From NCBI GenBank assembly GCA_903914175.1, contig CAIWNX010000170.1, forward strand, positions 1 to 60,001: a DNA stretch of 60,001 bases, read 5' to 3'. Under the pieces are notes generated by a model that saw only the letters and a list, made by a program, of their open reading frames with translations, ran no database searches and was not told the origin of the DNA. Source of the DNA: an uncultured beta proteobacterium (GTDB lineage: Bacteria > Pseudomonadota > Gammaproteobacteria > Burkholderiales > Burkholderiaceae_C). Below, one piece after another: positions 18,077 through 26,577 of this stretch. Position numbers and translations under genes: made by a program. Numbering within the stretch: the stretch's first letter is position 1; the number at the start of each line of letters is the position of its first letter.

Positions 18077-20353
18077 ATGAGTGAAGTGCCAGCACAGGGC
18101 CGCAAGCCCTTGCTCCGGATACCGGATATTGCCGCAGCCCTTGCTGCCATGTCGCTCAAGACGCGCGTCGTGCTGCTCGTCGTCTCGATGACCGTGCTTG
18201 GCGTCTGGGCGCTCGCGCTCGGTATCACCCAGGTGCTTGAGCGCGACCTGACGCGCTTGCTCTCGGAGAACTTTGCGACCGAAGCGAAAAACGTTGCCGA
18301 CGATCTGGATCGCGACATTCGTCTGGAAATTGATGCGCTGCAGAGGTTGGCCAGTACGCTCAAGCCCGATGTCCTGCGTGACGCCGGCAAGGCCGAGCGT
18401 GCGATGGACCAGTTTGCAGACGCCAGTGCGATTACTTTCGCGAGCTGCTTTGTCACCGACCGGGAGGGACGCATCACGGCGGGTTATCCGGAACAGGACG
18501 TGCGTGTCGGTTCCTCGATTCAAAATACGGCCTACTTTCGCTCGGTCATCGCCAGTGGCGCGCCGGCGATTGACACGCCGGCGGCCGGCCGGGCGGACAT
18601 CAAGAGCGCCAAGGTGTCGATCGCCGTGCCACTGCGCGATGGCGCTGGCGCCATCGTCGGTACGCTGGTGGGCACGCTGCCGCTTTCCAATCCGATGCTC
18701 TTTGGTCAGCTCGAAAACCAGAAACTTGGGCGTACCGGATGGTTCCTGGTGGTCTCTCCGAAAGATCGCGTCATCCTGGGGGCCACTCACCAAAACCGGA
18801 TTTTGACGACGCTGCCCGGGCACGGCGGCATCCGGTTGCTGGACCGACGCTTTGAAGAAGGCTTTGAAGGGCCGGGCATCACGGTTGGCTCCAACGGGAT
18901 CGAGGTTCTGTCGGTCGGTCACCGGATGGCCAGCACAGGCTGGTTTGTCATTGCATCGAATCCGATCGCAGAGGCCTGGGAGCCGATCAATGATCTGAAA
19001 CGCTGGATCTACGGCATGGCGTTTTTGATATCACTGGGTGGCGTGCTGGTGCTGCGCTTTTTTCTCGGACGGCAGTTCGCCCCTTTGAAGCAGGCTACGG
19101 CTGTGATCCGGCGCATGACCGATGGCGAATCGGCGCTGGCGGCAATACCGGTGACCCGTTCCGATGAAATTGGCGAACTCATTAGCAATTTCAATCGCCT
19201 GGTTGGTCAGCGTGCACAACTCGACGCGCGCTTGCATGACGAGATCGCCGAGCGCAAACAAATGAACCAGACCCTGCAGGAGCGAACAGATCGGCTTGAC
19301 GGCATTTATCGCTCCGTCGGCGAGGGGATTCTCAGCACTGACATCGAACAGCGCATCGTGCTCTACAACGATGCAGCGCAGCGCATCTTTGGCTACGCTG
19401 CCAGCGACGTGATTGGCCAGCCCCTGGACATGTTGTTGCCGCGACGCTTGCGTACCCGGCACGGCAAGCACTTTGTCAACTTCGCAGCGGGTGGACAGAG
19501 CACCCGTGCCATGGGGCGCTACGGTCTGATTCATGGACTGCGCGCCAATGGCGAGGAGTTCCCGCTGGAAGCTTCGGTATCGCAATCGGGCACTGCGCCC
19601 AACCAGTTGTTCACCGTTATCCTGCACGACATCACCGAACGCTTGCAGGCCGAGCAGGAACGCGAGCGCCTCACCGGACAACTGGAATTACTTAGCGAAC
19701 ACCTGGCTGCCGCGCGCGACGCCGAGCGCGGCAAGATTGCCCATGAGTTGCACGAAGACCTGGCCCAGGAACTGATGACGCTCAAACTCTATTTCCAGTT
19801 GCTCAAAGTCGAGAGCGGTAACCAGCAGGCCGACCAGCATCGTAAGGACGCGCTGACCGTGGTAGCGCATGCAACCGAGCGCATACGCCGCATGGTCATG
19901 AACCTTGAGCCGCAGGAACTCACGACTTTCGGCTTGCAGTCCGCTGTGAACAGCTATTGCCGGGAGCAGGCCACTACAGCGGACTGGATTCTGCACATCG
20001 ATGCACCAAGGTCTGACGTACGGGCGCCGTGTTTGGTGGAGAAAGCCTGCTTTCAGATCTTGCAGGAGGGGCTGAACAATGTTCTTCGGCACGCCAAGGC
20101 AACGCAGGTCTGGGTCGCGGTGCATCAAGTGGCGGGCGAACTTGAACTGGTGTTGCGTGACGACGGAATCGGGTTTGACCACACACCGACCGACGAGCGT
20201 CGCAAGCGGGTCGATTCCAAGCTCGGTTTGTTTGGCATGCAGCGTCGCGCCACACAGGCGGGTGGTTCCATCACCATAGAGTCGCGCGTCGGCGCTGGCA
20301 CCGAGTTGCGGGCCGTATTCTCCTGGCCGGTCGCCGCAGCGAAGCCGGACTGA
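18077..20353 (+). CDS. Membrane sensor histidine kinase (Cache, HAMP, PAS, HisKA_3, HATPase)
   Basis: Two TM segments; HAMP (RSDEIGELISNFN); PAS (GLRANGEEFPLEASVS); H-box ERGKIAHELHE; QEGLNNVLRHA, DDGIGF, LGLFGMQRR. Confidence 0.9.
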   Translation: MSEVPAQGRKPLLRIPDIAAALAAMSLKTRVVLLVVSMTVLGVWALALGITQVLERDLTRLLSENFATEAKNVADDLDRDIRLEIDALQRLASTLKPDVLRDAGKAERAMDQFADASAITFASCFVTDREGRITAGYPEQDVRVGSSIQNTAYFRSVIASGAPAIDTPAAGRADIKSAKVSIAVPLRDGAGAIVGTLVGTLPLSNPMLFGQLENQKLGRTGWFLVVSPKDRVILGATHQNRILTTLPGHGGIRLLDRRFEEGFEGPGITVGSNGIEVLSVGHRMASTGWFVIASNPIAEAWEPINDLKRWIYGMAFLISLGGVLVLRFFLGRQFAPLKQATAVIRRMTDGESALAAIPVTRSDEIGELISNFNRLVGQRAQLDARLHDEIAERKQMNQTLQERTDRLDGIYRSVGEGILSTDIEQRIVLYNDAAQRIFGYAASDVIGQPLDMLLPRRLRTRHGKHFVNFAAGGQSTRAMGRYGLIHGLRANGEEFPLEASVSQSGTAPNQLFTVILHDITERLQAEQERERLTGQLELLSEHLAAARDAERGKIAHELHEDLAQELMTLKLYFQLLKVESGNQQADQHRKDALTVVAHATERIRRMVMNLEPQELTTFGLQSAVNSYCREQATTADWILHIDAPRSDVRAPCLVEKACFQILQEGLNNVLRHAKATQVWVAVHQVAGELELVLRDDGIGFDHTPTDERRKRVDSKLGLFGMQRRATQAGGSITIESRVGAGTELRAVFSWPVAAAKPD

Positions 20354-20393
20354 AACCGGCAGCAGGGCACACAAGTTTCCCTGGAGGCACTCT

Positions 20394-20570
20394 ATGACCA
20401 GTCGTCCTGCACCCGAAGATGTCGCACTTTGGCAAAAGCGCCTTGCGTCCCAAGCCAACAATCGGGCGTGGGCACTGGCCGAGTTACACAACCGCACGCC
20501 CGAGGAAGACGAAGAAGACCGAAAGATACTTGACGCAACGATGAACGTCATTCCAGTTCCAGGCATGTGA
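20394..20570 (+). pseudogene. Short 58-aa ORF, probably an internally deleted remnant of a conserved hypothetical gene
   Basis: GGAGG RBS; MTSRPAPEDVALWQKRLASQANNRAWALAELHNRTPEEDEEDRKILDATMNVIPVPGM. Below the ORF-track size cutoff. Remnant status is from recollection of longer homologues. Confidence 0.45.
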
Positions 20571-20630
20571 AGCGTGGTCTATACCGTTACCGCTGGTTTG
20601 CAGCCTCAGCTACAGTTTGCTGTGACGGAT

Positions 20631-21113
20631 TCACCCGAGCGGTAGGTAGAGGGACATTGGCGCATCGACATAAGGAATGAAACCGTATCGCTCATAGAAC
20701 GACTTCGCTTTTTCATCTTTTGCATCCACCAGCAGCGCGTAGGCGCCGACAAGGCTGCGGGCATGCAGGCATCTGTCAACAGCACAGCCGATCAGCACCT
20801 CGCCCAATCCTGCTCCGCGACTTTCAATAGTGCGTGCCAGACGTCCCATGCGAAAGCACGGAACAGGGTAACGCGGTAGTTTTTTGCGCTCGGTGTTACT
20901 GAGTTGCTGAACGCCTACCTGTGCTGCACTGAGCGTATGGAAGCCCAGGATCTTGCTCGGCGCTGCATCGTCCACCAAAACAAAGACGGTGCTGATGCCT
21001 TTTGCATTCTGTTGTGCCGCGTACTTGCGCAGGTAATCATCCAGCGCTGGTACCCCGCAATGAAACCCTGCGCGATCGTGCAGTCTGGCATCAAGAACCT
21101 GCTCTTCAAGCAC
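20631..21113 (-). CDS. GNAT-family acetyltransferase toxin (AtaT/TacT-like)
   Basis: HDRAGFHCG...LDDYL; LPRYPVP..RMGRLA...RGAGLG; LLVDAKDE.A..FYERYGF. Overlaps the upstream antitoxin-like gene by 8 nt. Confidence 0.9.
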   Translation of the reverse strand: MLEEQVLDARLHDRAGFHCGVPALDDYLRKYAAQQNAKGISTVFVLVDDAAPSKILGFHTLSAAQVGVQQLSNTERKKLPRYPVPCFRMGRLARTIESRGAGLGEVLIGCAVDRCLHARSLVGAYALLVDAKDEKAKSFYERYGFIPYVDAPMSLYLPLG

Positions 21114-21342
21114 GCTTGACCTTTGACGCAGCGGTCAGCGCAACTTGCAGCGCAGGGTTCGGACTGAATACGCCGTTGATTGCTGCGTTGAAGGCAAGAA
21201 AATCGCGCTTGGTGAGCGTCACCCGCGACTCCTGCTCCAGCAGGGCTTGTGCCTTTTCTTTGGCTGCGCTGCGGACAAAGCCCGCCATGGTCGTACCCAT
21301 AAGACTTGCCGCGCGGGAAAGAAGGTCCTTGTCTTCAGCGGA
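21106..21342 (-). pseudogene. DUF1778 (TacA/AtaR-like) antitoxin, 5'-truncated
   Basis: Frame reads SAEDKDLLSRAASLMGTTMAGFVRSAAKEKAQALL...PNPALQ. Upstream in frame there is a stop and no start codon; the first ATG is internal, at 21300. Confidence 0.75.
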
Positions 21343-21501
21343 TTGCTGGGTAGACCTGTCGCAGCGTCATTGTTCCCCAGCAATGGGGCACCAAAAACTG
21401 GTGAAAAAGCGGTTAATCGGCCCCATTCAAACCTTGCACGGCGGCACTCATGTGCGCTTTGCCCCAGCGAGTGGGCATATGCCCCGGCAACCCCCAATCA
21501 A

Positions 21502-21517
21502 TGGCACGCATAGTGCT
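21502..21517 (+). promoter_or_regulatory. Putative sigma-54 promoter of the paralog 3 / diheme enzyme operon
   Basis: TGGCACGCATAGTGCT, 15/16 identical to the site at 15157. Confidence 0.65.
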
Positions 21518-21596
21518 TTGTGTCACTACGTTCTGCAGAACATCCAGACGATGTTGGCAGCAACCTGTAACGGTTTGACTATTTTGGGGATGCGTG

Positions 21597-24125
21597 ATGA
21601 AGACGGCCAGTGCAGTCCCTGCACGATGCTTGCGAGGCGGTTTGCTTGGGCTCCTGAGCCTGCTGCTCTGCCTCGTCCTGCTCGGTCCCGGCAACGCGCA
21701 GGCCGCCAATCCATTGGGAGGTGGCGGCGTCGGCCTGTTCATTCCAGGCCCCTTGTTGCCGGCACCGCCGGTTCCGCCGCAATTCGATATCACCGGCTTC
21801 ATTCAGGAGGCCAGTCTCGATCGTGACGGGGCGATCTGCAAGGCCAGCGACCCGCGCCTGGCCGGGGGCAGCGTCAAGGTCAACGGCATCACGGTGATCG
21901 TGCCCTGCAACACCATTTTGCAGATGCCGGCGGCCACGCTGACCTGGCAGGAACTGTTCAGTCTGGCGCCACGTGACATCGGCCTGCCGATCGGCTCCGA
22001 TGGCATTGCGACCCAGACCGGTCTGGCCTTGAATGACACGGTGAAGCGACCCGCAGCGAGCGTCTACAACGGACCGTTACCCTCGTACGAAATTCATGTG
22101 CAGGGCAATGTCGTCAAGGGTCAGTACATTGCCGGTCTGATTTTTATTTCACAACAATCGCTCAATCTGATTCAGGGCGTCATCACGGCGATCGACTACG
22201 CCAATGGCGAGCTGCAGATCGCCACCAGCAAGACCGCCAATCCGGTGACGGTGCGCGTGCGCATCAATGACCCCATCGGGCGCTTTGGCAAGTCGCACGG
22301 CGGCCCCGGCAGCGCGGCGGCCATGATCGAGTCGGGTTACGACCCGCGCTTTTCCATCGATGAGGAAAGCCCGACCATTCACGCCGCCACCGGCTACCCG
22401 ATGTGCATCCCGCGCAGCAACCCCTTCACCGAAGGCGATGACCCGCTGTGCCCGCAGGCGAACCGCCCGCGCGCGCCGAATTGCCGCTCGCTGCCGACGC
22501 CGTTCCCGGCTTTCGTGGCGCCGGCCAACGGTCAGTTCTGCAGCAGCTTTGTCATGCACCCGCCCGGCACGCTGGCCAGCCCCTGCGCCAGCACCGGTGT
22601 CTGTGCGCCGCCACCGACCGATCCGACCCGCCAGGCGCCGTTCGAAACCGGTGACTTCATCGACGTGCAGGGCACGCTCAAGGTGGACGCGCAAGGCACT
22701 TACATCTCGGCCCACACCCTCATCAGCCGCACCGGCATCTACACCAGCCCCGGCACCATGCCGGCCTATATCGCGATTGAAGCCCTGGTTCAGGGCACCT
22801 CCTCGCAACCCCTGCTCAACCTGCCGCAGGAAGCGACTTCCAAGATCAAGGTGGAAGGCTTCACAACCGATCCGACCAGCCTGGTTGACATCTTCGCAAT
22901 CGATATCGATCCGCTGACTGGCGCCAGCACCGAGCGCCTGCTCGGCACCGCCAATCCGAGTGGTCCGCCGGTGCTGGGGCGCTTTCGCTTTGTGCCCAAC
23001 GCGGGCGCTTACCTGCCGGCAACACGCGAAGTGCGGGTGGTCTCGCGAACGCTGTGCGGCGATCCGTTTTACGCCTGCACACTCGGCAGCGTGGTCATGC
23101 CCGATCCGCTGCCGGCCAACGGCCTGATCGCGGGGCAGTACCACGCGCCGAACTTTGAATTCATCTTTGCCGAAAACCTGATCCTGGGTGATGCGGTGGT
23201 CTCGGCCAATCTGCAGGATCTGGAGTTTCTGTTTTGTGGGTCCGGCCCGCTTGCCACACCCACCGGTGGCAGCAATGGACCGGTGGTGCGCCAGCTCGAT
23301 CCCGCACCCTGGGGCGCGCCCATGATGACACCGGCTTTTGCCGCCACGCGCTGCGCGGGCGAGCCGGTCGTGGGTGCGGTGGCGGTGGTGGGGCCAGTGG
23401 CGCCGCCTGTCATCACGCTGTATCCGGGCGCCAGCGTCAACGTGAATTCGGGTGCCGCTGTGCTGCTCAGCGCTTCGGCCACGGATGCGAGCGGCCAAGC
23501 GATCGCCATCACCTGGGTGCAGTCCGGTGGCACCCAGCCCATGGGTGTCGTGATGGTGCCGCCGAGTCAACCCAACGCCATCAGTTTCACGGCACCCTAC
23601 ATGGCATCGCAAATGGTTTTCACGGTCGGCGCGACCAACCCTGCTACCGGACTGACCTCTACCGCAACAGTGACCGTCAATGTCAGCAGCAAGGCAGCCG
23701 ACTTTGTCACCGTGGCTTCAGTGAGCTGGACCAACCTGCGACAGAACCGTGGCGCGCTCAACGTCACCGCTGTCACCAGTGCGCCGTTGGCGGGTAACGG
23801 CCTGCCGCCGCCGGGTCTGCAACTCTATGTTCAGGCCACGGCGACGATCACTGCGCTGGTTCCGGACGGCAGTGGCGGCTTGAATTTCCAGTTCTCTGAA
23901 GTGCAAATGGCCACCACCCCGCTGCCGATGTTTTTCGCACCGACCGGGTTTCCGGCCGCTTGCCCGATTGGAATAGCGAGCTGCTGGCAGTTCACCACAC
24001 GCGGCACCTTGATCGACCCCAACAACGCCTCGGCGTTTGTGCCGCCCGATGTGGTGACGGTGACGTCGAGCTACGGTGGTTCGATGGCAGTGACGCAATC
24101 CAGCGCGATCTTCAAGGTGAACTAG
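21597..24125 (+). CDS. Secreted Cys/Pro-rich protein of unknown function (paralog 3)
   Basis: Signal peptide (LLGPGNAQA); conserved core closest to paralog 2; stop is 1 nt before the next ATG. Confidence 0.85.
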   Translation: MKTASAVPARCLRGGLLGLLSLLLCLVLLGPGNAQAANPLGGGGVGLFIPGPLLPAPPVPPQFDITGFIQEASLDRDGAICKASDPRLAGGSVKVNGITVIVPCNTILQMPAATLTWQELFSLAPRDIGLPIGSDGIATQTGLALNDTVKRPAASVYNGPLPSYEIHVQGNVVKGQYIAGLIFISQQSLNLIQGVITAIDYANGELQIATSKTANPVTVRVRINDPIGRFGKSHGGPGSAAAMIESGYDPRFSIDEESPTIHAATGYPMCIPRSNPFTEGDDPLCPQANRPRAPNCRSLPTPFPAFVAPANGQFCSSFVMHPPGTLASPCASTGVCAPPPTDPTRQAPFETGDFIDVQGTLKVDAQGTYISAHTLISRTGIYTSPGTMPAYIAIEALVQGTSSQPLLNLPQEATSKIKVEGFTTDPTSLVDIFAIDIDPLTGASTERLLGTANPSGPPVLGRFRFVPNAGAYLPATREVRVVSRTLCGDPFYACTLGSVVMPDPLPANGLIAGQYHAPNFEFIFAENLILGDAVVSANLQDLEFLFCGSGPLATPTGGSNGPVVRQLDPAPWGAPMMTPAFAATRCAGEPVVGAVAVVGPVAPPVITLYPGASVNVNSGAAVLLSASATDASGQAIAITWVQSGGTQPMGVVMVPPSQPNAISFTAPYMASQMVFTVGATNPATGLTSTATVTVNVSSKAADFVTVASVSWTNLRQNRGALNVTAVTSAPLAGNGLPPPGLQLYVQATATITALVPDGSGGLNFQFSEVQMATTPLPMFFAPTGFPAACPIGIASCWQFTTRGTLIDPNNASAFVPPDVVTVTSSYGGSMAVTQSSAIFKVN

Positions 24126-24126
24126 C

Positions 24127-26562
24127 ATGAATTTCTACACCCTGCGCGGACCGTGCGTGCGCCGCACCGTGGCGGGCACCTTGGCTTTGACGCTGTTGCT
24201 CGGCAGCGGCAGTGGTTTTGGGCGCGGCCGCACCGGTGGCGGTGCCGCTGGCGCACTCGATGATTTCGATCTGCTGGCACCGCTGCAAAGCAGCAACGGT
24301 CTACCGGCCAATCTGGTCAATGGTTTTGCGCCCATGGGCAGTTCGCCCGGGGACGGCATCGCCGGTGTCGGCGGCATTGCGCTGCTGCTGCCCGGTGCGC
24401 CCAGCATTGTTTCGCAAAGCGGCCAGGCCGTCACGCTGCTGCTCGGCAGTGTCACGGGCAACAGCGGCCAACAGGCCGGCGTGGCGCGGCAACTCGGGCC
24501 CGATGGCTTGCCGGCGCTGCGTTCGCTCAAGTCGGTGGGCGTGCCGCCGGTACCGGGCTTAAGCAACTTCATTCGCAATCCGCAAGCGGCCATCGTGCTG
24601 GGCAAAGCGCTGTTCTGGGACATCCAGGCCGGCAGTGACGGCAATGCCTGCGCCAGTTGCCACTTTCATGCCGGGGCTGACAACCGCATGAAGAACCAGC
24701 TCGCGCCCGGGCGCAGCGGGGGCTTTCAGATGTTTCAGAACACGGTGCTTGGCTTATCAAGCGCCAAAGTTGCGACGACGACGAGCTCCGGCGCCGCCGC
24801 CGACCTGTTCACCTCGCCCAATGACCAGCGGCGCGAGCCCAGCTTGACCATCGATCGCCCGGCCCGCACCACGCGTACCGGTTCGGGTGGCCCCAACTAC
24901 ACGCTCAAGCCCGGCGACTTCCCCTTCCATCAACTGTCCGACCCGCTGGACCGCAACTCGGCTGTGCTGTTCGACTCTGACGATGTGGTGTCATCGCAGG
25001 GCGCGTTCGGCGGGGTGTTCCAGAAGCTCGGCGCCAATGGTGTCGAAGTCTGCGGCGATCGAACCAGTGTGGACAGCTTCCAGGTCAAAGGCGCGCTGAC
25101 GCGGCGCGTGCCGGGTCGCAACGCGCCGACCACCATCAATGCAGCGTTTAACTACCGCAACTTCTGGGACGGTCGCGCCAACAATGTATTCAACGGTGTC
25201 AGTCCGTTCGGCCCGCGTGACAGCGCGGCCATGGTGCTGGAACTGCGCTCCGATGGCAGTACGGCCTGGACCACGATGGCCTTGAGCAATGCCAGTCTGG
25301 CTTCGCAGGCGGTCGGGCCCGTGCTCTCGGAGTTCGAGATGTCCTGCGCCAAGAAGACTTTCAAAGATCTGGGCCGCAAGCTGATGGCGTTAACGCCCCT
25401 GGGCTTGCAGGACCTGCACGCGCAGGACAGCGTGCTGGGCTCGCATGCGAAGTCCACCGGACGCGGCCTGAAAGAGACCTACCCGGACCTGATTCGCGCC
25501 GCATTTGATCCGCGCTGGTGGAACGCCCCGGCGCCTGTCAATGGCTACACGCAGATGGAGCTCAATTTTTCCCTCTACTGGGGTCTGGCGATCATGATGT
25601 ACGAGGCCACGCTGGTGTCGGACGAGACGCCGTATGACAAATTTGTTGGCTATCCCGGCAGCCCGGGTGATGTCACGGCGCTGAGTGACCAGCAGCAGCG
25701 CGGACTCAAGGTTTTTCGTGGCAACGGGCAGTGCGTGTCCTGCCACAAGGGGCCCGAGTTCACCGGCGCGGCGACCGGGCTGCAAGCCGGCTCCGAAGGG
25801 GCGACCGTGATCGAGAGCATGTTCCTCAAGACCGGTGAGATGGCCATTTATGACAACGGTTTTTACAACATCGGCGTGCGACCCACGGCGGAAGACCGCG
25901 GCGTCGGTGCCAGCGATCCGCTGGGCAACGCACTGTCCTTCACACGCAACTGGTTCGCGCTGCTGCTAAAGCAGCCGGTGGTCGATCCGGTCTGGGTTGA
26001 TCCCTGCCTGTTCAGCGTCTTCGCGGATGCCACGGCGTGCTGGATTGCGCCGCAGGCAGATGGCACGCGCGTGGTGGCCGATGGTGCTTTCAAAACGCCA
26101 TCGCTGCGCAATATTGCGCTGACACAACCGTACTTTCACAACGGGGGTGAATTCACGCTGGAGCAGGTGGTGGCCTTCTACAACCGGGGCGGCAACCGGC
26201 GCGGCCCCGACGACAACGACACAAGTGGTTTCGTTGCGCCCGACGCACCCAATGGCGGCAACAGCAACGTCCATCCTGCCATCATGCCGTTGGGGCTGAC
26301 GGATGCCGAGCGCGCTGATCTGGTGGCCTTCCTGCGCAACGGCCTGACTGACCCCCGGGTCGCCTGCGAGCGCGCACCGTTTGATCATCCCTCGCTGCCG
26401 CTGCGCAACGGACATGACGGTGATGAATTCACGGTGTCGGATGTCAATCGGGACGGCAAGGCTGATGACCTGTCACTGCTCTTGCCGGCAGTTGGCGCCA
26501 AGGGCCTGCTCAAGGCGCAGTGTTTGCGTAACGACGACGGCAGCGCCGTCGCCGGTATCTGA
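24127..26562 (+). CDS. Large diheme cytochrome c peroxidase / MauG-family protein
   Basis: LGKALFWD; CASCH; RNAPT..NA; NFWDGRA; QAVGP...EM; CVSCH; FKTPSLRNIALTQPYFHNG; VVAFY. Confidence 0.9.
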   Translation: MNFYTLRGPCVRRTVAGTLALTLLLGSGSGFGRGRTGGGAAGALDDFDLLAPLQSSNGLPANLVNGFAPMGSSPGDGIAGVGGIALLLPGAPSIVSQSGQAVTLLLGSVTGNSGQQAGVARQLGPDGLPALRSLKSVGVPPVPGLSNFIRNPQAAIVLGKALFWDIQAGSDGNACASCHFHAGADNRMKNQLAPGRSGGFQMFQNTVLGLSSAKVATTTSSGAAADLFTSPNDQRREPSLTIDRPARTTRTGSGGPNYTLKPGDFPFHQLSDPLDRNSAVLFDSDDVVSSQGAFGGVFQKLGANGVEVCGDRTSVDSFQVKGALTRRVPGRNAPTTINAAFNYRNFWDGRANNVFNGVSPFGPRDSAAMVLELRSDGSTAWTTMALSNASLASQAVGPVLSEFEMSCAKKTFKDLGRKLMALTPLGLQDLHAQDSVLGSHAKSTGRGLKETYPDLIRAAFDPRWWNAPAPVNGYTQMELNFSLYWGLAIMMYEATLVSDETPYDKFVGYPGSPGDVTALSDQQQRGLKVFRGNGQCVSCHKGPEFTGAATGLQAGSEGATVIESMFLKTGEMAIYDNGFYNIGVRPTAEDRGVGASDPLGNALSFTRNWFALLLKQPVVDPVWVDPCLFSVFADATACWIAPQADGTRVVADGAFKTPSLRNIALTQPYFHNGGEFTLEQVVAFYNRGGNRRGPDDNDTSGFVAPDAPNGGNSNVHPAIMPLGLTDAERADLVAFLRNGLTDPRVACERAPFDHPSLPLRNGHDGDEFTVSDVNRDGKADDLSLLLPAVGAKGLLKAQCLRNDDGSAVAGI

Positions 26563-26577
26563 GAAGCGCAGCGTGTG

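Noticed and set aside
20360-21400. Toxin-antitoxin islet as an intact mobile element
   Set aside because: No transposase, integrase, terminal inverted repeats or target duplication were seen.
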